Made by a program: the position numbers and the translations under genes. A stretch of DNA of 64,000 bases from a candidate division Kazan bacterium GW2011_GWA1_50_15 (lineage in GTDB: Bacteria > Patescibacteriota > Kazan-3B-28), in contig CP011216.1 in the NCBI GenBank assembly GCA_001029795.1, positions 350,767-414,766 of the forward strand, given 5' to 3'. Below are positions 35,613-49,062 of the stretch, piece by piece. The notes under the pieces are model-generated. The model saw only the letters and a list, made by a program, of their open reading frames with translations, ran no database searches and was not told the origin of the DNA. How positions within the stretch are numbered: the stretch's first letter is position 1; every line of letters starts with the position of its first letter.

Positions 35613-35679
35613 TGAAAACGGTTTTATTGACAACTTTAACCACGAAGAAGTTATATTATTAACTTCCCCGGAGGATGCC

Positions 35680-35823
35680 ATGGCATATCTTTACCTCCTC
35701 ATCGGTATTGTGGACCTGATTCTGGTCTTCATTAACCGCGACTGGGGTTTCACGCTGGCCGTGATCCTCGGTATCGTCTATGTGGTGTTTGGCCTCTACG
35801 AGGTCTTTATGCCACGCAAATAG
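35680..35823 (+). CDS. small membrane protein (47 aa), not in the ORF track
   Basis: GGAGGA SD 5 nt before the ATG; MAYLYLLIGIVDLILVFINRDWGFTLAVILGIVYVVFGLYEVFMPRK gives two TM helices; a strong terminator follows. Confidence 0.35.
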   Translation: MAYLYLLIGIVDLILVFINRDWGFTLAVILGIVYVVFGLYEVFMPRK

Positions 35824-35882
35824 CCCCAGTACCATTCGGTACAGGGCATAGGATTCTTCCTGTTATTATCTTTTGGATCCAC

Positions 35883-35915
35883 AAAAGCCCCCGTCAGCTG
35901 ACGGGGGCTTTTGGT
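35883..35915. terminator. bidirectional terminator (perfect palindrome)
   Basis: AAAGCCCCCGTCAG/CTGACGGGGGCTTTT. Confidence 0.65.
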
Positions 35916-35962
35916 GTCCGTATGGAGTATGGAACTTGCCCACTCTGGAGACGGCCGTCGTC

Positions 35963-36409
35963 CTAGTGGGCAAGCAAATAAATTAATCCCCCCACCAATA
36001 ATCCTTGCGGCAGCAGCCCGATGAACCATCCTCTTGGTTCACGGGCGTACTGCAGCACGTCGGTGTGCCAGACGTGAAACTGTTTCATAAGCGGAATGGC
36101 ATTCCACTTCGGCCAAAACAGTCCGGGAATCTCGATGAAGTCCGGCGCGTTAGCTGCCAGCCCAAGAGTTAACGCGTACCAGCGAATTGATTCCGGTATC
36201 AACCACCACCACAGCCCCAGCGCCAGCAGCCCATCCCCCGCCACTAGCAAGATGTTGGCGGTATTTAAATGATGCCCGCCGATGGTATCTCGATGAGGCA
36301 CGGCGTCCAAAACAAAATGGGAACTGACTGCCGCGATAGCGGCTGGTGCGGCTTCGGGGATACCTTTAGCGATAGCCAGCCCGGTTAGAAAATGCGGCGT
36401 GATCAGCAT
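35963..36409 (-). CDS. membrane-bound metal-dependent hydrolase, YdjM/DUF457-like
   Basis: 148 aa with 4 TM helices and SSHFVLDAVPH (H..D..H) at the first helix end. Confidence 0.45.
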   Translation of the reverse strand: MLITPHFLTGLAIAKGIPEAAPAAIAAVSSHFVLDAVPHRDTIGGHHLNTANILLVAGDGLLALGLWWWLIPESIRWYALTLGLAANAPDFIEIPGLFWPKWNAIPLMKQFHVWHTDVLQYAREPRGWFIGLLPQGLLVGGLIYLLAH

Positions 36410-36675
36410 TACTTCAACAGAGTGTGGTCCAACACTTCGTTAATCCTGCCAAAGAATCCGCCAACGACTGGCAGCACCCCAAGTCTGTCTAAGATCAAGC
36501 CCGCCAACCCCAAGACCAACGCCAGCCCGATGGTCGCCCCCAACGCGGTAAAGAGACCGCTGACAAATGAGCGGGCCATCAAACTACTCCAACTGGTGTA
36601 GTACTTCTCAAGCGCCCGAGCAAAATCGCCCAACACCCGGTCTTTGCCAGTCAGCATCTTTTTCATCTCCCCCAT
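36409..36675 (-). CDS. small membrane protein (hypothetical)
   Basis: 88 aa with two hydrophobic helices (GLFTALGATIGLALVLGLAGLIL); its start overlaps the downstream gene by 1 nt. Confidence 0.4.
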   Translation of the reverse strand: MGEMKKMLTGKDRVLGDFARALEKYYTSWSSLMARSFVSGLFTALGATIGLALVLGLAGLILDRLGVLPVVGGFFGRINEVLDHTLLK

Positions 36676-36683
36676 TATATCAA

Positions 36684-37154
36684 CTAAACCGTGATGTTCT
36701 CGCTGATGTCGTAGAGAGAGTAGGCCACATTATTGACCCAATGACCGTAGGGCCGAACATACTTCCAAGTCGCCACCATCTGTTTGGGATCGGGCTCGCC
36801 GTCCTCAGGGTCGTATTTATACAACAGTTCGGAGGTGTACTTGATGGATTCTTCCCAGGAAGCGAAGTCGCGAGTCCGGCCGTACTTGACGCTACCCGAA
36901 GTGTAGTCCTTAATCCCCCACGCGTTGAAGGCCCCGCCCAGGTGTTTGCCGTAGCTAGATTCCGCGGCTGAGACGGCGACGATGCTTTTCCAATTCGAGT
37001 ACTGAATAAGTTCCTCAGCAGGCAGAGGACTGCCTTTTTCGCTCAAAAAATCCCGCAACGCTAAAGTCGCCGGGTCCTCCACTGGCACCGGGCTGTGTAC
37101 GCTCATAATCGCGGACGCAAAAAGGGCCACTAGGGCCCCCAATAATCCATTCAT
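36684..37154 (-). CDS. secreted GH73-type N-acetylglucosaminidase domain protein (peptidoglycan hydrolase)
   Basis: Signal peptide; AVSAAESSYGKHLGGAFNAWGIKDY matches the E-x-x-G ... N-x-(F/W)GIK motif of the glucosaminidase family. Confidence 0.5.
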   Translation of the reverse strand: MNGLLGALVALFASAIMSVHSPVPVEDPATLALRDFLSEKGSPLPAEELIQYSNWKSIVAVSAAESSYGKHLGGAFNAWGIKDYTSGSVKYGRTRDFASWEESIKYTSELLYKYDPEDGEPDPKQMVATWKYVRPYGHWVNNVAYSLYDISENITV

Positions 37155-37285
37155 AGGCGGTTTTTAAGTAGCCGCCCCCAGATGTTCGACTGCCTCCTAC
37201 TCTACCTTAAAACCCCTTCTCGGTCAAGGCGCCAGAGACCAAGAAAAAATCGCTTTACGTAGACGTAAAACGATTTAGTGGGGGT

Positions 37286-37651
37286 TCATATCCGCTGGGA
37301 GTGGGCAGCCAGACCAACCGATCCCTTTTGACGGGATAACCCGACAAATATCAGGTGCGGCCAAGATTCGGTCAGATGGCGCATCCCTGCAGCATTGAGA
37401 CAGTTGTCGTTGTACTCGGCGTTGGAGAAGTTGATATGGTAGCTGTGGCACTTAGGACACCTAAGGCGGTGGCAGACAGTGCCCGATATTTCGAAGTCCT
37501 GCCCCAGACCAGTGAAGCCACAGTCCATGCATTCCATCGGTCCCACACTTTCCACCGACTGTAATTCTTCTTCTGGCAGCTCCGGGTTCCCCACCGGCTC
37601 TGCCGGATCCTCGGGAATCCGAGTTAGAGCGCCTGGCCCCATTAATGACAT
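37286..37651 (-). CDS. zinc-ribbon protein (hypothetical)
   Basis: AGGGAGGTGG SD before MSLMGP at 37651; the cysteine pairs CMDCGF ... CPKCHS give a C4 ribbon. Confidence 0.4.
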   Translation of the reverse strand: MSLMGPGALTRIPEDPAEPVGNPELPEEELQSVESVGPMECMDCGFTGLGQDFEISGTVCHRLRCPKCHSYHINFSNAEYNDNCLNAAGMRHLTESWPHLIFVGLSRQKGSVGLAAHSQRI

Positions 37652-37797
37652 AACCCACCTCCCTAGTAAAGTTGCGCCGAGAAGAACCTCGGTAGACGAG
37701 CCCACTCCACCTTCAAATCCGTTCTAGGTCAACTCTCTTTGGAACATAAAAAAGCCGTTTTGTCGCGCGACAAAACGGCTTTGGCTAGTGGTACAAG

Positions 37798-39162
37798 CTA
37801 TCCTCCGGAAGGGGTGGAAGTTGGAAAACGCTCAAAGATGGCCTCGATGCCATCTTTGGTGTACTCCCAGGCGTCGAAGAAACGCTCAACGCGGACCGCC
37901 CAACCCCCCAGCAGGTTAATGATGTCAATATGCTGACCATTAAGCTGGATCGAGGAAGCATCAAGGCACTGATTCAAGTGCTTGCCGTCTTGCGTAGCGG
38001 CGAAACAGCGTTCTTGCATAAACCGATAGGCCTCTTCGTAGCTGACGCCTGCGTCAATGAGCGCGATGCGAATTTGCTGGCTGGCCCAAACCCCCAGTGT
38101 ACGCTCAAGATTTTCCTTCATCTTGCCCTGAGAGACCTCCAGCCCACGCACGATATTGGTCATCTTCACGATCATGTAGTGCGTATAACTGGTGGCATCG
38201 GGGTAGACCTCTCGCTCCACGCACGACTGACTAATGTCTCTGCACTCGGGGGTGCTAATGACTTCCATCAGCGTCTGGGATTTAGCCCGGACCATCTTGG
38301 CCATGCCTATCATCCGTTCGAGCATGATCGGGTTTTTCTTGTGCGCCATCGCGCTGCTCCCCTTCTGCTTTTTGCCGAACGGCTCCCGTACTTCGCCGAC
38401 ATCCGAACGGGACATCTCCCAGAGTGTCCGGGCCAGCTGTTCGATCGTGGAGGCGATAACGGCCAATACATTAAGATAGCTGGCGTGGTGATCACGCTGT
38501 ACGATCTGCGTCGAGACGTCGACCGGCATCAACCCAAGCTCCTCCAAAACCAACCGTTCCAGCTCCGGGTCGAGTCCGGCATAGTTACCGATAGCTCCGG
38601 AAAACTTGGCCCAGATCAGCTCCTCGTCGATACAGCTCCGTAGCCGCATCAGGTTATTGTGCTGCTGGTCGGCAAAGACCAAGCAGAGCCGGCCGAAGGA
38701 GTCGGGCTCGGCATACTGGCCGTGGGTGCGAGCTATCATCATTGTAGTTTTGTGTTTGTGAGCCAGATTTAGCAGCTCGACATACAGCCGATCCAACGCT
38801 GCGAGAATGATCCGCGCGCTTTCGCCGAGCCGGAGCATCAGAGCAGGGTCCTCGGTGTCAAACGAGGTGATGCCCTTATGCACCTCCCTACTATACTCAC
38901 CATAACCTGCCGCTGTCAGACTCTCTTGAACCGTTTGGACGAGGCTGATAAGGTCGTGGTTGATCTCAGTGTCAATCGCTTCGACCCGCTCAACCGAGAA
39001 ACTTGCGTGCTGAGCGATAGACTCGTAGACGCCGGGTTCAAGCTGGCCTAGCTTAACTCGGGCGCGCAAGAGAGCTAGCTCGACATCCAACCATCCTTGG
39101 TACTTCCTCTGTTCGCTCCAGAGATCCTTCATCTCTGGCAAAGTATATCGTGGTATCGACAT
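37798..39162 (-). CDS. purB: adenylosuccinate lyase
   Basis: N-terminal RYTLPEMKDLWSEQRKYQGWLDVELALL and the fumarate-lyase signature GSSAMAHKKNP; 454 aa. Confidence 0.85.
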   Translation of the reverse strand: MSIPRYTLPEMKDLWSEQRKYQGWLDVELALLRARVKLGQLEPGVYESIAQHASFSVERVEAIDTEINHDLISLVQTVQESLTAAGYGEYSREVHKGITSFDTEDPALMLRLGESARIILAALDRLYVELLNLAHKHKTTMMIARTHGQYAEPDSFGRLCLVFADQQHNNLMRLRSCIDEELIWAKFSGAIGNYAGLDPELERLVLEELGLMPVDVSTQIVQRDHHASYLNVLAVIASTIEQLARTLWEMSRSDVGEVREPFGKKQKGSSAMAHKKNPIMLERMIGMAKMVRAKSQTLMEVISTPECRDISQSCVEREVYPDATSYTHYMIVKMTNIVRGLEVSQGKMKENLERTLGVWASQQIRIALIDAGVSYEEAYRFMQERCFAATQDGKHLNQCLDASSIQLNGQHIDIINLLGGWAVRVERFFDAWEYTKDGIEAIFERFPTSTPSGG

Positions 39163-39500
39163 CTCTAATACCTCCTCGTAGAATGTAAAGATTCACCGAA
39201 AAGTTACCTCGGTAAGACGAGGCTACTATACTGCATATTCAAATAGCTAGCAACCAGAGCTAGTTTTGGCATAAGCCAGGCTTAGTCCGTCAGCTGACGG
39301 ACGGAGACTGGTGGACCTAGGCAGAATTGAACTGCCGTCTCAGCAATGCGAATGCTGCGTACTACCGCTGTACTATAGGCCCTTCGTCAGAATGGACTCG
39401 ACTTGATGCACTCCCCTCGATAAGCTCGGGGCGGCTTTTGGGTCTCGTCATTCCTCCTCTTAAAATCACAAACACAAGCTTAGTTTGTAATTTTGGTTTT

Positions 39501-41853
<2,353 letters not shown>

Positions 41854-41912
41854 TTTTAGTTTTGAGAGGTCCCCACCGTATTATTTTATTATACTACAAT
41901 TTCCTTTTTTTG

Positions 41913-42800
41913 TCAAGAGGTGGGTGTCTCACCTCCTAAGGCCCCTGCCGCTTCCTGGAACTTCTCGATAAAGATAGAGTAGTCCAAGACATCTACCGTA
42001 CCGTCCTGGTTCAGGTCGGCAGTTGGCTCTGTTACCACAGGTGCATCGGTATCGGTCAAATTTGAAAGTAAATCCACGGGCGCTTCTTCGCCGTTACCGC
42101 TCGTCCCCTCGTAAATAATATTCATCTCGGCTACGGCTGGACGATCACTGGCCACATAATCGGTGAAGATAAATTTGAACTGGACGAACTGCGGCAGGCT
42201 GTTCTCCCACGCCACCTGCTGACGGCGATAGCCATTGAAAGTATCTGTCGGAATAAATTCCAACGTTCTAAATGACGCAGCTTGCGCTTCGGCCACGGTT
42301 GCCCCCGCCCGGTAGGCATAAGCGATCGTTGAGCCCGCCGGTTGGTAGTCCATGACTTGCAACGCTTTGATAAATAGGTCACTGTCGCCCAGATCAACTA
42401 TCGGCGAGATATAACTGGCGGGACGCGTTACCACTCCGGTCAACTCTTCCGCGCTTACCAGCGGCATCACAAACCCAGCTTTGGCGCCAGGGTCTTGCGG
42501 CTGACCTGTAAAGTAATAAAAGGCGGCTGTGTTATCCAGTACAGCGTCGTTACGATCGCCGAGATCAGCCAGCCACACGGCAGTACTAGTTCCAAAGAAG
42601 TCATCATCGCTACTCATACTGATAACTTGCAGCCGGGCGGCGCCGGCGCCGATCAGCTTCAAAAATCCTTCCAAGAAGTTGCTTCTTGCGATCAAGGTAA
42701 TGGCCACTACTAAGCCGGCGATCGAAACCAGAGCCGTAACAAGCCAGCGATAGTCCCTGGGTTGTGGTTGCAATGGGGGTTGTGGAGCAATAGGTTCCAT
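41913..42800 (-). CDS. membrane-anchored surface protein with C-terminal dockerin-like Ca-binding module
   Basis: Start taken at MEPIAPQ (ATG 42800) to avoid overlapping the upstream gene. The C-terminal DLNQDGTVDVLDYSIFIEKF matches dockerin / EF-hand-like D-x-N-x-D-G-x-V-D. Confidence 0.4.
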   Translation of the reverse strand: MEPIAPQPPLQPQPRDYRWLVTALVSIAGLVVAITLIARSNFLEGFLKLIGAGAARLQVISMSSDDDFFGTSTAVWLADLGDRNDAVLDNTAAFYYFTGQPQDPGAKAGFVMPLVSAEELTGVVTRPASYISPIVDLGDSDLFIKALQVMDYQPAGSTIAYAYRAGATVAEAQAASFRTLEFIPTDTFNGYRRQQVAWENSLPQFVQFKFIFTDYVASDRPAVAEMNIIYEGTSGNGEEAPVDLLSNLTDTDAPVVTEPTADLNQDGTVDVLDYSIFIEKFQEAAGALGGETPTS

Positions 42801-42813
42801 ATGTATATGTAAG

Positions 42814-45800
42814 TTAACCGGCTGGCGGTGCGTCTGGCGGCCGCGGGATACCATCGGCACGCAAGGCACCCGACTCCAACCAGTGGCTATAGCCGCCAAC
42901 AAATGGGAATACATCCAAAGAATCGACCGAGTTACTGTTGTCAAAGTCGGCTAGCTTAGTCAGTAAGGTCTGGGCTATCTCACCCAAGAATTGGCTCCAG
43001 TCGGTAGAGTCGACCTTATCCCACGAACCGTAAGGGGTGGGGGCTTCAGTTGGACTGCCGGGCATAATGTCTCCGGCCGGCAGCTCGGGGAAGGTCAACG
43101 CGACAGTGATAATGTCACCGCTAATTGGAGGCGTGAATCTTACATCCTCATTAGCTTTGCGGGAGAGATGCTTGGGAGTTTTAATGTAGGCCGTATAAGT
43201 TTCATTGAATTTAAGCGTGGTTGTATCGCTGATCGGGCTAGTTGTCAGCGTCCCTTGGTCGTTGGCATCGGTTGAAGTTGTGCCGCTATATAGCCGCTCC
43301 AAGCCCTGGTACAGCGAGAGGGTAAATGACAGGTTGGGATCTTTTTCTGGCCCGCGCTGGACCGGGGCGGTAAAGTTGAGGATCGCTTGGGCGATGGTTT
43401 CACCATCGCTGGTTGACTGGACTATGAGGGTAGCGGGAGGGCTCACCGCTTCCCACTCCCCGCTCGTGCCTTTCACGGTAAATGTATAGGTCCCAACCGT
43501 GGCGGAGTGCAGCCGCAACTTAACGCTGCCCGTCTGCACATCAGCGGTAGCGGGGATAAACTCGCCGTCGAACTTACCGGCGGCATCTTGGCCGTTGCTA
43601 TCGATCCGACTCGCCAGCGCGAATGTAACCTGGCCGGCGAACTCGGGCGTATTGGGGGACAAGAACAGGTTGATCGTATATTCGGCGTAAGCTTGCAAAT
43701 TATCGTCGGTCGTCCCCGTGGTCGGCGGGCCGACTGTGATCATGAATGGCGCAGTAGCAAAATCTGTAGTATAGGCAATGCTGACGCTCCGGACTTTGGG
43801 CCGCGTATCCAGAGTGATTGGTTGGGTGATCTCAAAGGCTATCTCAATACCAAAGGATTTAGTTGCGGCCAAATCGGCTGGCGTGTCGCCCGTGATCGAT
43901 TGGCCCGATTGGATTGGCAAACGCTTGATCAGCTGTTGATCGGCATTATAGAGCGCCACCCAGTAGTGCATCGTTACACCCGGGACAGTCAGGTTACTGC
44001 CGGCCACTCCGACAGTCGCCAGATCTTTTAGGCTGGCGTTACCGGCTACTTCTGGGGGAGTGTATCTAGTAGAAGTGTAGTAAGCGGCGTAGTCAGATGG
44101 TTGGGTACCATCCCCACCAGTACGGCCGGCAGATATCACCGAGAAGGCGCTGGACTTAAAACTGCCGCCATCATAGCTGCTGGTCTTGTTTAGTTCGACC
44201 TTGATCTTCACTAGCCGGCCGGCCAATTGCGGGCGCACCGTCCAAGTGGCCGAGAAGTCGGTGGCCTCGGGATTGAACGGCACTTCAAAACCAGGCGCGG
44301 TGATAACCCCCGTCAGCAATGGAAGACTGTCAGCGGTCTCGTAACTGACCGTCATTTGTAATCCCGTCAGGTCCCAGCCTTGCGGGTCCACCGTCCAACG
44401 GGTGGTCATAGAACTATTAATCGGGTAAACCTCACCGGCCGTTGGCTTGGTGAAGTTAACCAACGGACCGCTCCCCGCCACCATGAAGGTGGCTGGCGGG
44501 AAACTACTTTTGGCGTATAACGTCTGGCCACCGACTAATGCCGAGAGGTTATAGACCCAAGTGAAGCTAAATTGATACTGCGCTCCGGGGACTAGGTCGG
44601 AGGGAACTGCCCAATCGTACGAGGTAACTTTGGTAACGTCCTTGACCGTGATAACATCTGGCTCCAGATCAACTATCGTCTTCCAAGCAGTTGCCGGCTC
44701 TGACAGAGCCTTGTAAGAAATTCTTAAGTAGCGAGTGTTGGCGTGAACGGTCGTGAGGATGTCGGCGTAAGCCGAAGGGTACGACCAACGGATCGTGTAC
44801 CGGCCGCCGGCTCTAACCTCATTGAGCTGAGGCTGGGTAACGGTTAGGCACCCGCCGAAGACCACCGGGTAACTAGTGTAAACGAATGAACCGTTGATGG
44901 GACGAAAAACTAAACTAGCTTCCTTGCCGATGAAGTAGGCCGACCCTCGTTCGCCGCCTACGCCCGTGACGTTTTCTAATGGATTAATCCAAGTGTATGA
45001 ACCGGACGCTAGGTCCACACTCCCGACAAAGGCGCCTTCGACTGAGCCATCCTTTAGTGTGTAGCTGATCTGCGCTAACGTGTTGGCCGGGACACTGCCA
45101 GCGTCCCATGTTAATGTAAATGACCGTTGGCCGCCGACAATTTCCGGCTTGATCACCCCGTTGTCCGGACTAGTCCCGATCGGCGTAGGGCTGGTGAGTG
45201 TAATGGGAGCGGCAACGGTGCTGATAGATAGATCGCCTGAACTGGTTACGCTGTACTGCACCCCGCCCAGTTTGGTCGTGATAGAGAACTTCATCTTACT
45301 GCCCAGCTTAACGTTGGCCGGGATGGTCCAGGCCCGAGTACCGATAAAGGCGTCCATGCCAGATACCACCGGAACATTCACCCAAATCCCGCTTTGGTTG
45401 TAGTAGCTAGCCGTAATGTCGGCGAGTAAGCCGACCGGCGGTTTAGCCTCTGGGTCAACTGTCCATTTAAGCGTGTAGGTTGAACCGGGGTAGACCGGGC
45501 CGGCATTGCCGGCCGGGGCTGTCCAAGTCACAAAACTGCCTAACTGCATTGAGACTGCGTCTGTATAGGTCTTGTCCCCGCCAACAAATGTACCGCGGCC
45601 ATCGGTGCCATAACCAGTGAACTCCATCCCTACCGCTGGTCCGCTGGTGCGATTCCAAAACTGCGATCCAATGTTAGACCAAATATAGTCGCCGCTGATG
45701 GGCCAGCCGTTAGCTCCCCAAGGAACATCTTTTTGGATGTCGATCTTGGGATCAGTTTGGCCGTCCATAAAGTAAACTGCATTGGCCTTAGCGTTGTTAT

Positions 45801-46470
45801 AAAATCCTGCTGCTGACATCGGCGGGAGCATTTTGCCTCCGCGCCAGAGTAACGCCAGCGCTCTTTGGTCGCTGCCAAAAATCTGACGGGGTTGGGATAT
45901 GGGTTTATCCCAGTCGGTAGCGCCAGCGGTGCTGATCACCCCGCCCGTGATCGGCACCCAGACACTAATAGAGCGAGTAGTAACAACAGTGGAGGTCTGA
46001 TCGGTATTGTTAATGTAAATAGCCTGCAGAGTTACATTGTTCAAGCCTTCCTTCCCAAAGAAGCTGAGTGGGAGAGAACTTAGATCCCAGTCGAACTGGC
46101 CCTTTACCAGATCATCGCCGATAATATCGCCGTCGTTGGGCTGACGCTGATAAAAGAACAAATCTACCTCGTCTGCGCTACTGACGGCTTTAACCCGCAG
46201 TACATCTCCTGGGTTGCCCGGGCGCAATGCGTTGTAGTGGTATTGAAATTCGATACGGTAGTGCGACCGCCACAGGAGAACCTCGTTTTGGACAGGAGCG
46301 TTGAAGTTGGCGCCCAAGCCGGTTTGGGCATTCACTTGCTGACTGACACCCTGATAAACCATCCAGCCAGTGAAAGAGATGGCTAACATTAATATCAGCG
46401 CCCAGTGGACGTAGGTCGTGTTGGACCGCGGCTGATGGTCCTGCAACTGTTTGGTTAGCCGATCGAGCAT
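42814..46470 (-). CDS. giant (1218 aa) membrane-anchored cell-surface protein
   Basis: N-terminal signal anchor, a long beta-rich extracellular body with Ig-like periodicity, and a C-terminal DFDNSNSVDSLDVFPFVGG dockerin-like segment. Confidence 0.55.
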   Translation of the reverse strand: MLDRLTKQLQDHQPRSNTTYVHWALILMLAISFTGWMVYQGVSQQVNAQTGLGANFNAPVQNEVLLWRSHYRIEFQYHYNALRPGNPGDVLRVKAVSSADEVDLFFYQRQPNDGDIIGDDLVKGQFDWDLSSLPLSFFGKEGLNNVTLQAIYINNTDQTSTVVTTRSISVWVPITGGVISTAGATDWDKPISQPRQIFGSDQRALALLWRGGKMLPPMSAAGFYNNAKANAVYFMDGQTDPKIDIQKDVPWGANGWPISGDYIWSNIGSQFWNRTSGPAVGMEFTGYGTDGRGTFVGGDKTYTDAVSMQLGSFVTWTAPAGNAGPVYPGSTYTLKWTVDPEAKPPVGLLADITASYYNQSGIWVNVPVVSGMDAFIGTRAWTIPANVKLGSKMKFSITTKLGGVQYSVTSSGDLSISTVAAPITLTSPTPIGTSPDNGVIKPEIVGGQRSFTLTWDAGSVPANTLAQISYTLKDGSVEGAFVGSVDLASGSYTWINPLENVTGVGGERGSAYFIGKEASLVFRPINGSFVYTSYPVVFGGCLTVTQPQLNEVRAGGRYTIRWSYPSAYADILTTVHANTRYLRISYKALSEPATAWKTIVDLEPDVITVKDVTKVTSYDWAVPSDLVPGAQYQFSFTWVYNLSALVGGQTLYAKSSFPPATFMVAGSGPLVNFTKPTAGEVYPINSSMTTRWTVDPQGWDLTGLQMTVSYETADSLPLLTGVITAPGFEVPFNPEATDFSATWTVRPQLAGRLVKIKVELNKTSSYDGGSFKSSAFSVISAGRTGGDGTQPSDYAAYYTSTRYTPPEVAGNASLKDLATVGVAGSNLTVPGVTMHYWVALYNADQQLIKRLPIQSGQSITGDTPADLAATKSFGIEIAFEITQPITLDTRPKVRSVSIAYTTDFATAPFMITVGPPTTGTTDDNLQAYAEYTINLFLSPNTPEFAGQVTFALASRIDSNGQDAAGKFDGEFIPATADVQTGSVKLRLHSATVGTYTFTVKGTSGEWEAVSPPATLIVQSTSDGETIAQAILNFTAPVQRGPEKDPNLSFTLSLYQGLERLYSGTTSTDANDQGTLTTSPISDTTTLKFNETYTAYIKTPKHLSRKANEDVRFTPPISGDIITVALTFPELPAGDIMPGSPTEAPTPYGSWDKVDSTDWSQFLGEIAQTLLTKLADFDNSNSVDSLDVFPFVGGYSHWLESGALRADGIPRPPDAPPAG

Positions 46471-46497
46471 AGGATTTGTGTTTGTTTGAACCGCCCT

Positions 46498-46743
46498 TTA
46501 TTGGGCTGTCTCTGGTACCGTAATGGTGGCGTAGTCGCCCTGGGCGTCTGCGCCGGCCTCAGTCCCCACGTGAGTCCCGCCGTCCCAAGTATTGAAGACT
46601 GCCGCTGGCCCCACCTCGGCTTTGGAGCCAAAGAACTTCAGTAGGTTACCGATCTGTTCAGAGAAGAGTACAACCAAAACCACCGCGACTACCGCGGCGA
46701 TGACGAGACCGATCTTGAACCCCCGAGTCTGGAAAAAGTACAT
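46498..46743 (-). CDS. small secreted or membrane protein; first gene of the surface operon
   Basis: 81 aa with an N-terminal hydrophobic segment FKIGLVIAAVVAVVLVVLF; downstream of a TTGACA-17-TACAAT promoter. Confidence 0.4.
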   Translation of the reverse strand: MYFFQTRGFKIGLVIAAVVAVVLVVLFSEQIGNLLKFFGSKAEVGPAAVFNTWDGGTHVGTEAGADAQGDYATITVPETAQ

Positions 46744-46779
46744 ATTTTTCAGGTTTGTTTTTGTTTTAGGTATTAGTTC

Positions 46780-46808
46780 ATTGTAGCATAAAAATTAGAT
46801 TATGTCAA
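46780..46808 (-). promoter_or_regulatory. sigma70-like promoter for the minus-strand surface operon
   Basis: Minus-sense TTGACA-17 nt-TACAAT. Confidence 0.55.
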
Positions 46809-46858
46809 CCCCAAAGAAAGGGCCGTGGCTTGACCACCTCGGGGTGGCGTGATAATGT

Positions 46859-47110
46859 TTGTCTGTTATGAAAAAGGATATTCACCCAAAATACTTCCCT
46901 AAAGCCAAGATCGCCTGCGCCTGCGGCAACATCTTGGAGGTGGGTTCAACGACCGAAACTATGCGGGTGGATATCTGTGCCAAGTGCCATCCGTTCTACA
47001 CCGGCAAGCAAAAGTTGATCGATAAGGCCGGACGGGTAGAGAAGTTCCAGGAGCGGATAGCTAAAGCTGCCCAGGTGAAGACCGGTAAGAAGCCGGCCAA
47101 GAAAAGCTAA
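46859..47110 (+). CDS. rpmE: 50S ribosomal protein L31
   Basis: MKKDIHPKY ... CACGN ... [10 protein letters not shown], the zinc-ribbon L31 signature. Confidence 0.85.
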   Translation: MSVMKKDIHPKYFPKAKIACACGNILEVGSTTETMRVDICAKCHPFYTGKQKLIDKAGRVEKFQERIAKAAQVKTGKKPAKKS

Positions 47111-47161
47111 TGTGCTAGAGACTAAACTTTATGCCACAATGGGAGTGGCCGGGTTTTACTT

Positions 47162-48217
47162 ATGAAGTTAGACGACATTAAATCTGAGTATCAACAGATC
47201 CAGCAGCGGTTGGCTGGTTTGGCCGCACTCCCCCCCGCAGAACAGACCAAACTTCTGAAACGCGAGGGCGAACTAAAGGAGGTAGTAACGATCGCCGAAC
47301 AGGTTGACCGGTGGCGAAAGGCGGTGGCCGACCACCGACAAACTGCCGCTGATGGCGATCCGGAGTTAACCCAGCTAGCCAACGAAGAGTTGCCAGAGCT
47401 TGAAGCCAAGCTAGCCCAAGCCGAGGCTAAACTTGAGACTTTGTTGGTCCCCAAGGACCCCAACAACGAACGGGACGCACTGATCGAGATCCGGGCCGGG
47501 GCAGGAGGCGATGAAGCCGCTATTTTTGCCGGCGAACTCTTTCGGATGTATAGCCGGTTCGCGGTCGAAAAAGGCTGGCAGTTAGAACTGATCGGGAGTG
47601 CGCCCACCAGCGATGATGGGTTCAAGGAAGTTATCTTCCAGGTGCTTGGGCCAGGGGCCTACGGCACATATAAATTCGAGAGTGGTGTTCATCGGGTTCA
47701 GCGGGTGCCGGTAACCGAAGCCAAGGGACGGGTTCACACCTCTACCGCTACCGTGGCCGTTTTGCCCGTAGCGGAGGAGTTCGATCTCGAGATCAAACCA
47801 GAAGATATTCGGATGGATGTGTTTAGGTCCAGCGGCCATGGCGGCCAATCGGTCAACACAACCGACTCAGCAGTTCGGATCACTCATATCCCTACGGGGT
47901 TAGTGGTAACCTGCCAAGATGAAAAATCTCAGACCCAGAATCGGCTCAAGGCGATGAACGTATTAAGGTCCAGGCTGTTAGCCCAAGAAGAGGATAAACG
48001 GCGCCAGGCCCGGTCGGAGGCCCGACTCCAGCAAATTGGGACCGGTGACCGGAGTGAGAAGATCAGAACCTACAACTTTCCTCAAGACCGGGTAACTGAT
48101 CACCGCATCGGGACAAGTTGGCACAATCTCGAATCGATCATGAACGGCCACCTGGCCCCGATCGTGGATGCCTTGCAGGCAGCCCAGCGTGCGTTGGACC
48201 AGCAAGCACCGTCATGA
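47162..48217 (+). CDS. prfA: peptide chain release factor 1
   Basis: GGQ motif ([23 protein letters not shown]) and a PVT tripeptide (RF1-type PxT); 351 aa. Confidence 0.9.
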   Translation: MKLDDIKSEYQQIQQRLAGLAALPPAEQTKLLKREGELKEVVTIAEQVDRWRKAVADHRQTAADGDPELTQLANEELPELEAKLAQAEAKLETLLVPKDPNNERDALIEIRAGAGGDEAAIFAGELFRMYSRFAVEKGWQLELIGSAPTSDDGFKEVIFQVLGPGAYGTYKFESGVHRVQRVPVTEAKGRVHTSTATVAVLPVAEEFDLEIKPEDIRMDVFRSSGHGGQSVNTTDSAVRITHIPTGLVVTCQDEKSQTQNRLKAMNVLRSRLLAQEEDKRRQARSEARLQQIGTGDRSEKIRTYNFPQDRVTDHRIGTSWHNLESIMNGHLAPIVDALQAAQRALDQQAPS

Positions 48218-49062
48218 CCTCAGTACTCAAACTCACTCGCTGGGGGGCGGCGCGATTGACCGCGAGTCCGACCCCGCAGTTGGACAGCGAGGTGCTTTTG
48301 GCACACGTTTTGAACTGCAATCGAGCCGAACTCTACGCTCGCATCGACCCACCAAGTTGGTGGCAGACTTGGCGTTTCCGCCGGCTTATAGCCCAGCGGG
48401 GTCGGGGGGTACCCGCGGCCTACTTGACCGGGCACAAAGAGTTTTTCGGATTGGATTTTTTAGTTAATCGCCATGTCCTCATCCCTAGACCCGAGACTGA
48501 GACGATAGTCAAACGCGCTCTGCGGCTAATCCAGGAGTGGCATTTGCCGATAGTCTACGAAGTTGGGACTGGCAGCGGGAATATCGCCGTAGCCCTAGCC
48601 CATCATCTGCCTGGTTTGCGTGTCGTAGCCAGTGATGCGTTCAAAGAAACATTAGCAGTTGCCCGCCGTAATGCCAGACGTCATGGCGTGGAAGACCGCA
48701 TCGAGTTGGTACATGCCGATCTGGGCCAACATATCACGGAGGCTGACTTGGTAGTGGCTAATCTGCCGTATGTCCCAACCGACTACAAAGCCCGACGGGA
48801 GATATTTTTTGAACCGGCCCAGGCAGTGTTCGTTAAGGACGATGGGTTGGCTCTGTATAAACAATTCTTGATCCAAACTAAATTCCGCCTAGCTGTGATC
48901 GAGCTGGGCCCGTGGCAGTTGGACCGGTTACTGCCTTGGCTGACTAGCAACTTACCCCACCACGCAGTGGAGGTTGTCCGTGATGAGAGCGGATATGTCT
49001 GCGGTCTGCAGCTTACTGCGCCTGGATCCGGCGACGGATCAGACCAGCTACCTCGTCAATAA
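48214..49062 (+). CDS. prmC: release-factor glutamine N5-methyltransferase
   Basis: ATGA overlap with the prfA stop; VGTGSGNIA (motif I) and NLPYVP (NPPY-type motif IV). Confidence 0.8.
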   Translation: MTSVLKLTRWGAARLTASPTPQLDSEVLLAHVLNCNRAELYARIDPPSWWQTWRFRRLIAQRGRGVPAAYLTGHKEFFGLDFLVNRHVLIPRPETETIVKRALRLIQEWHLPIVYEVGTGSGNIAVALAHHLPGLRVVASDAFKETLAVARRNARRHGVEDRIELVHADLGQHITEADLVVANLPYVPTDYKARREIFFEPAQAVFVKDDGLALYKQFLIQTKFRLAVIELGPWQLDRLLPWLTSNLPHHAVEVVRDESGYVCGLQLTAPGSGDGSDQLPRQ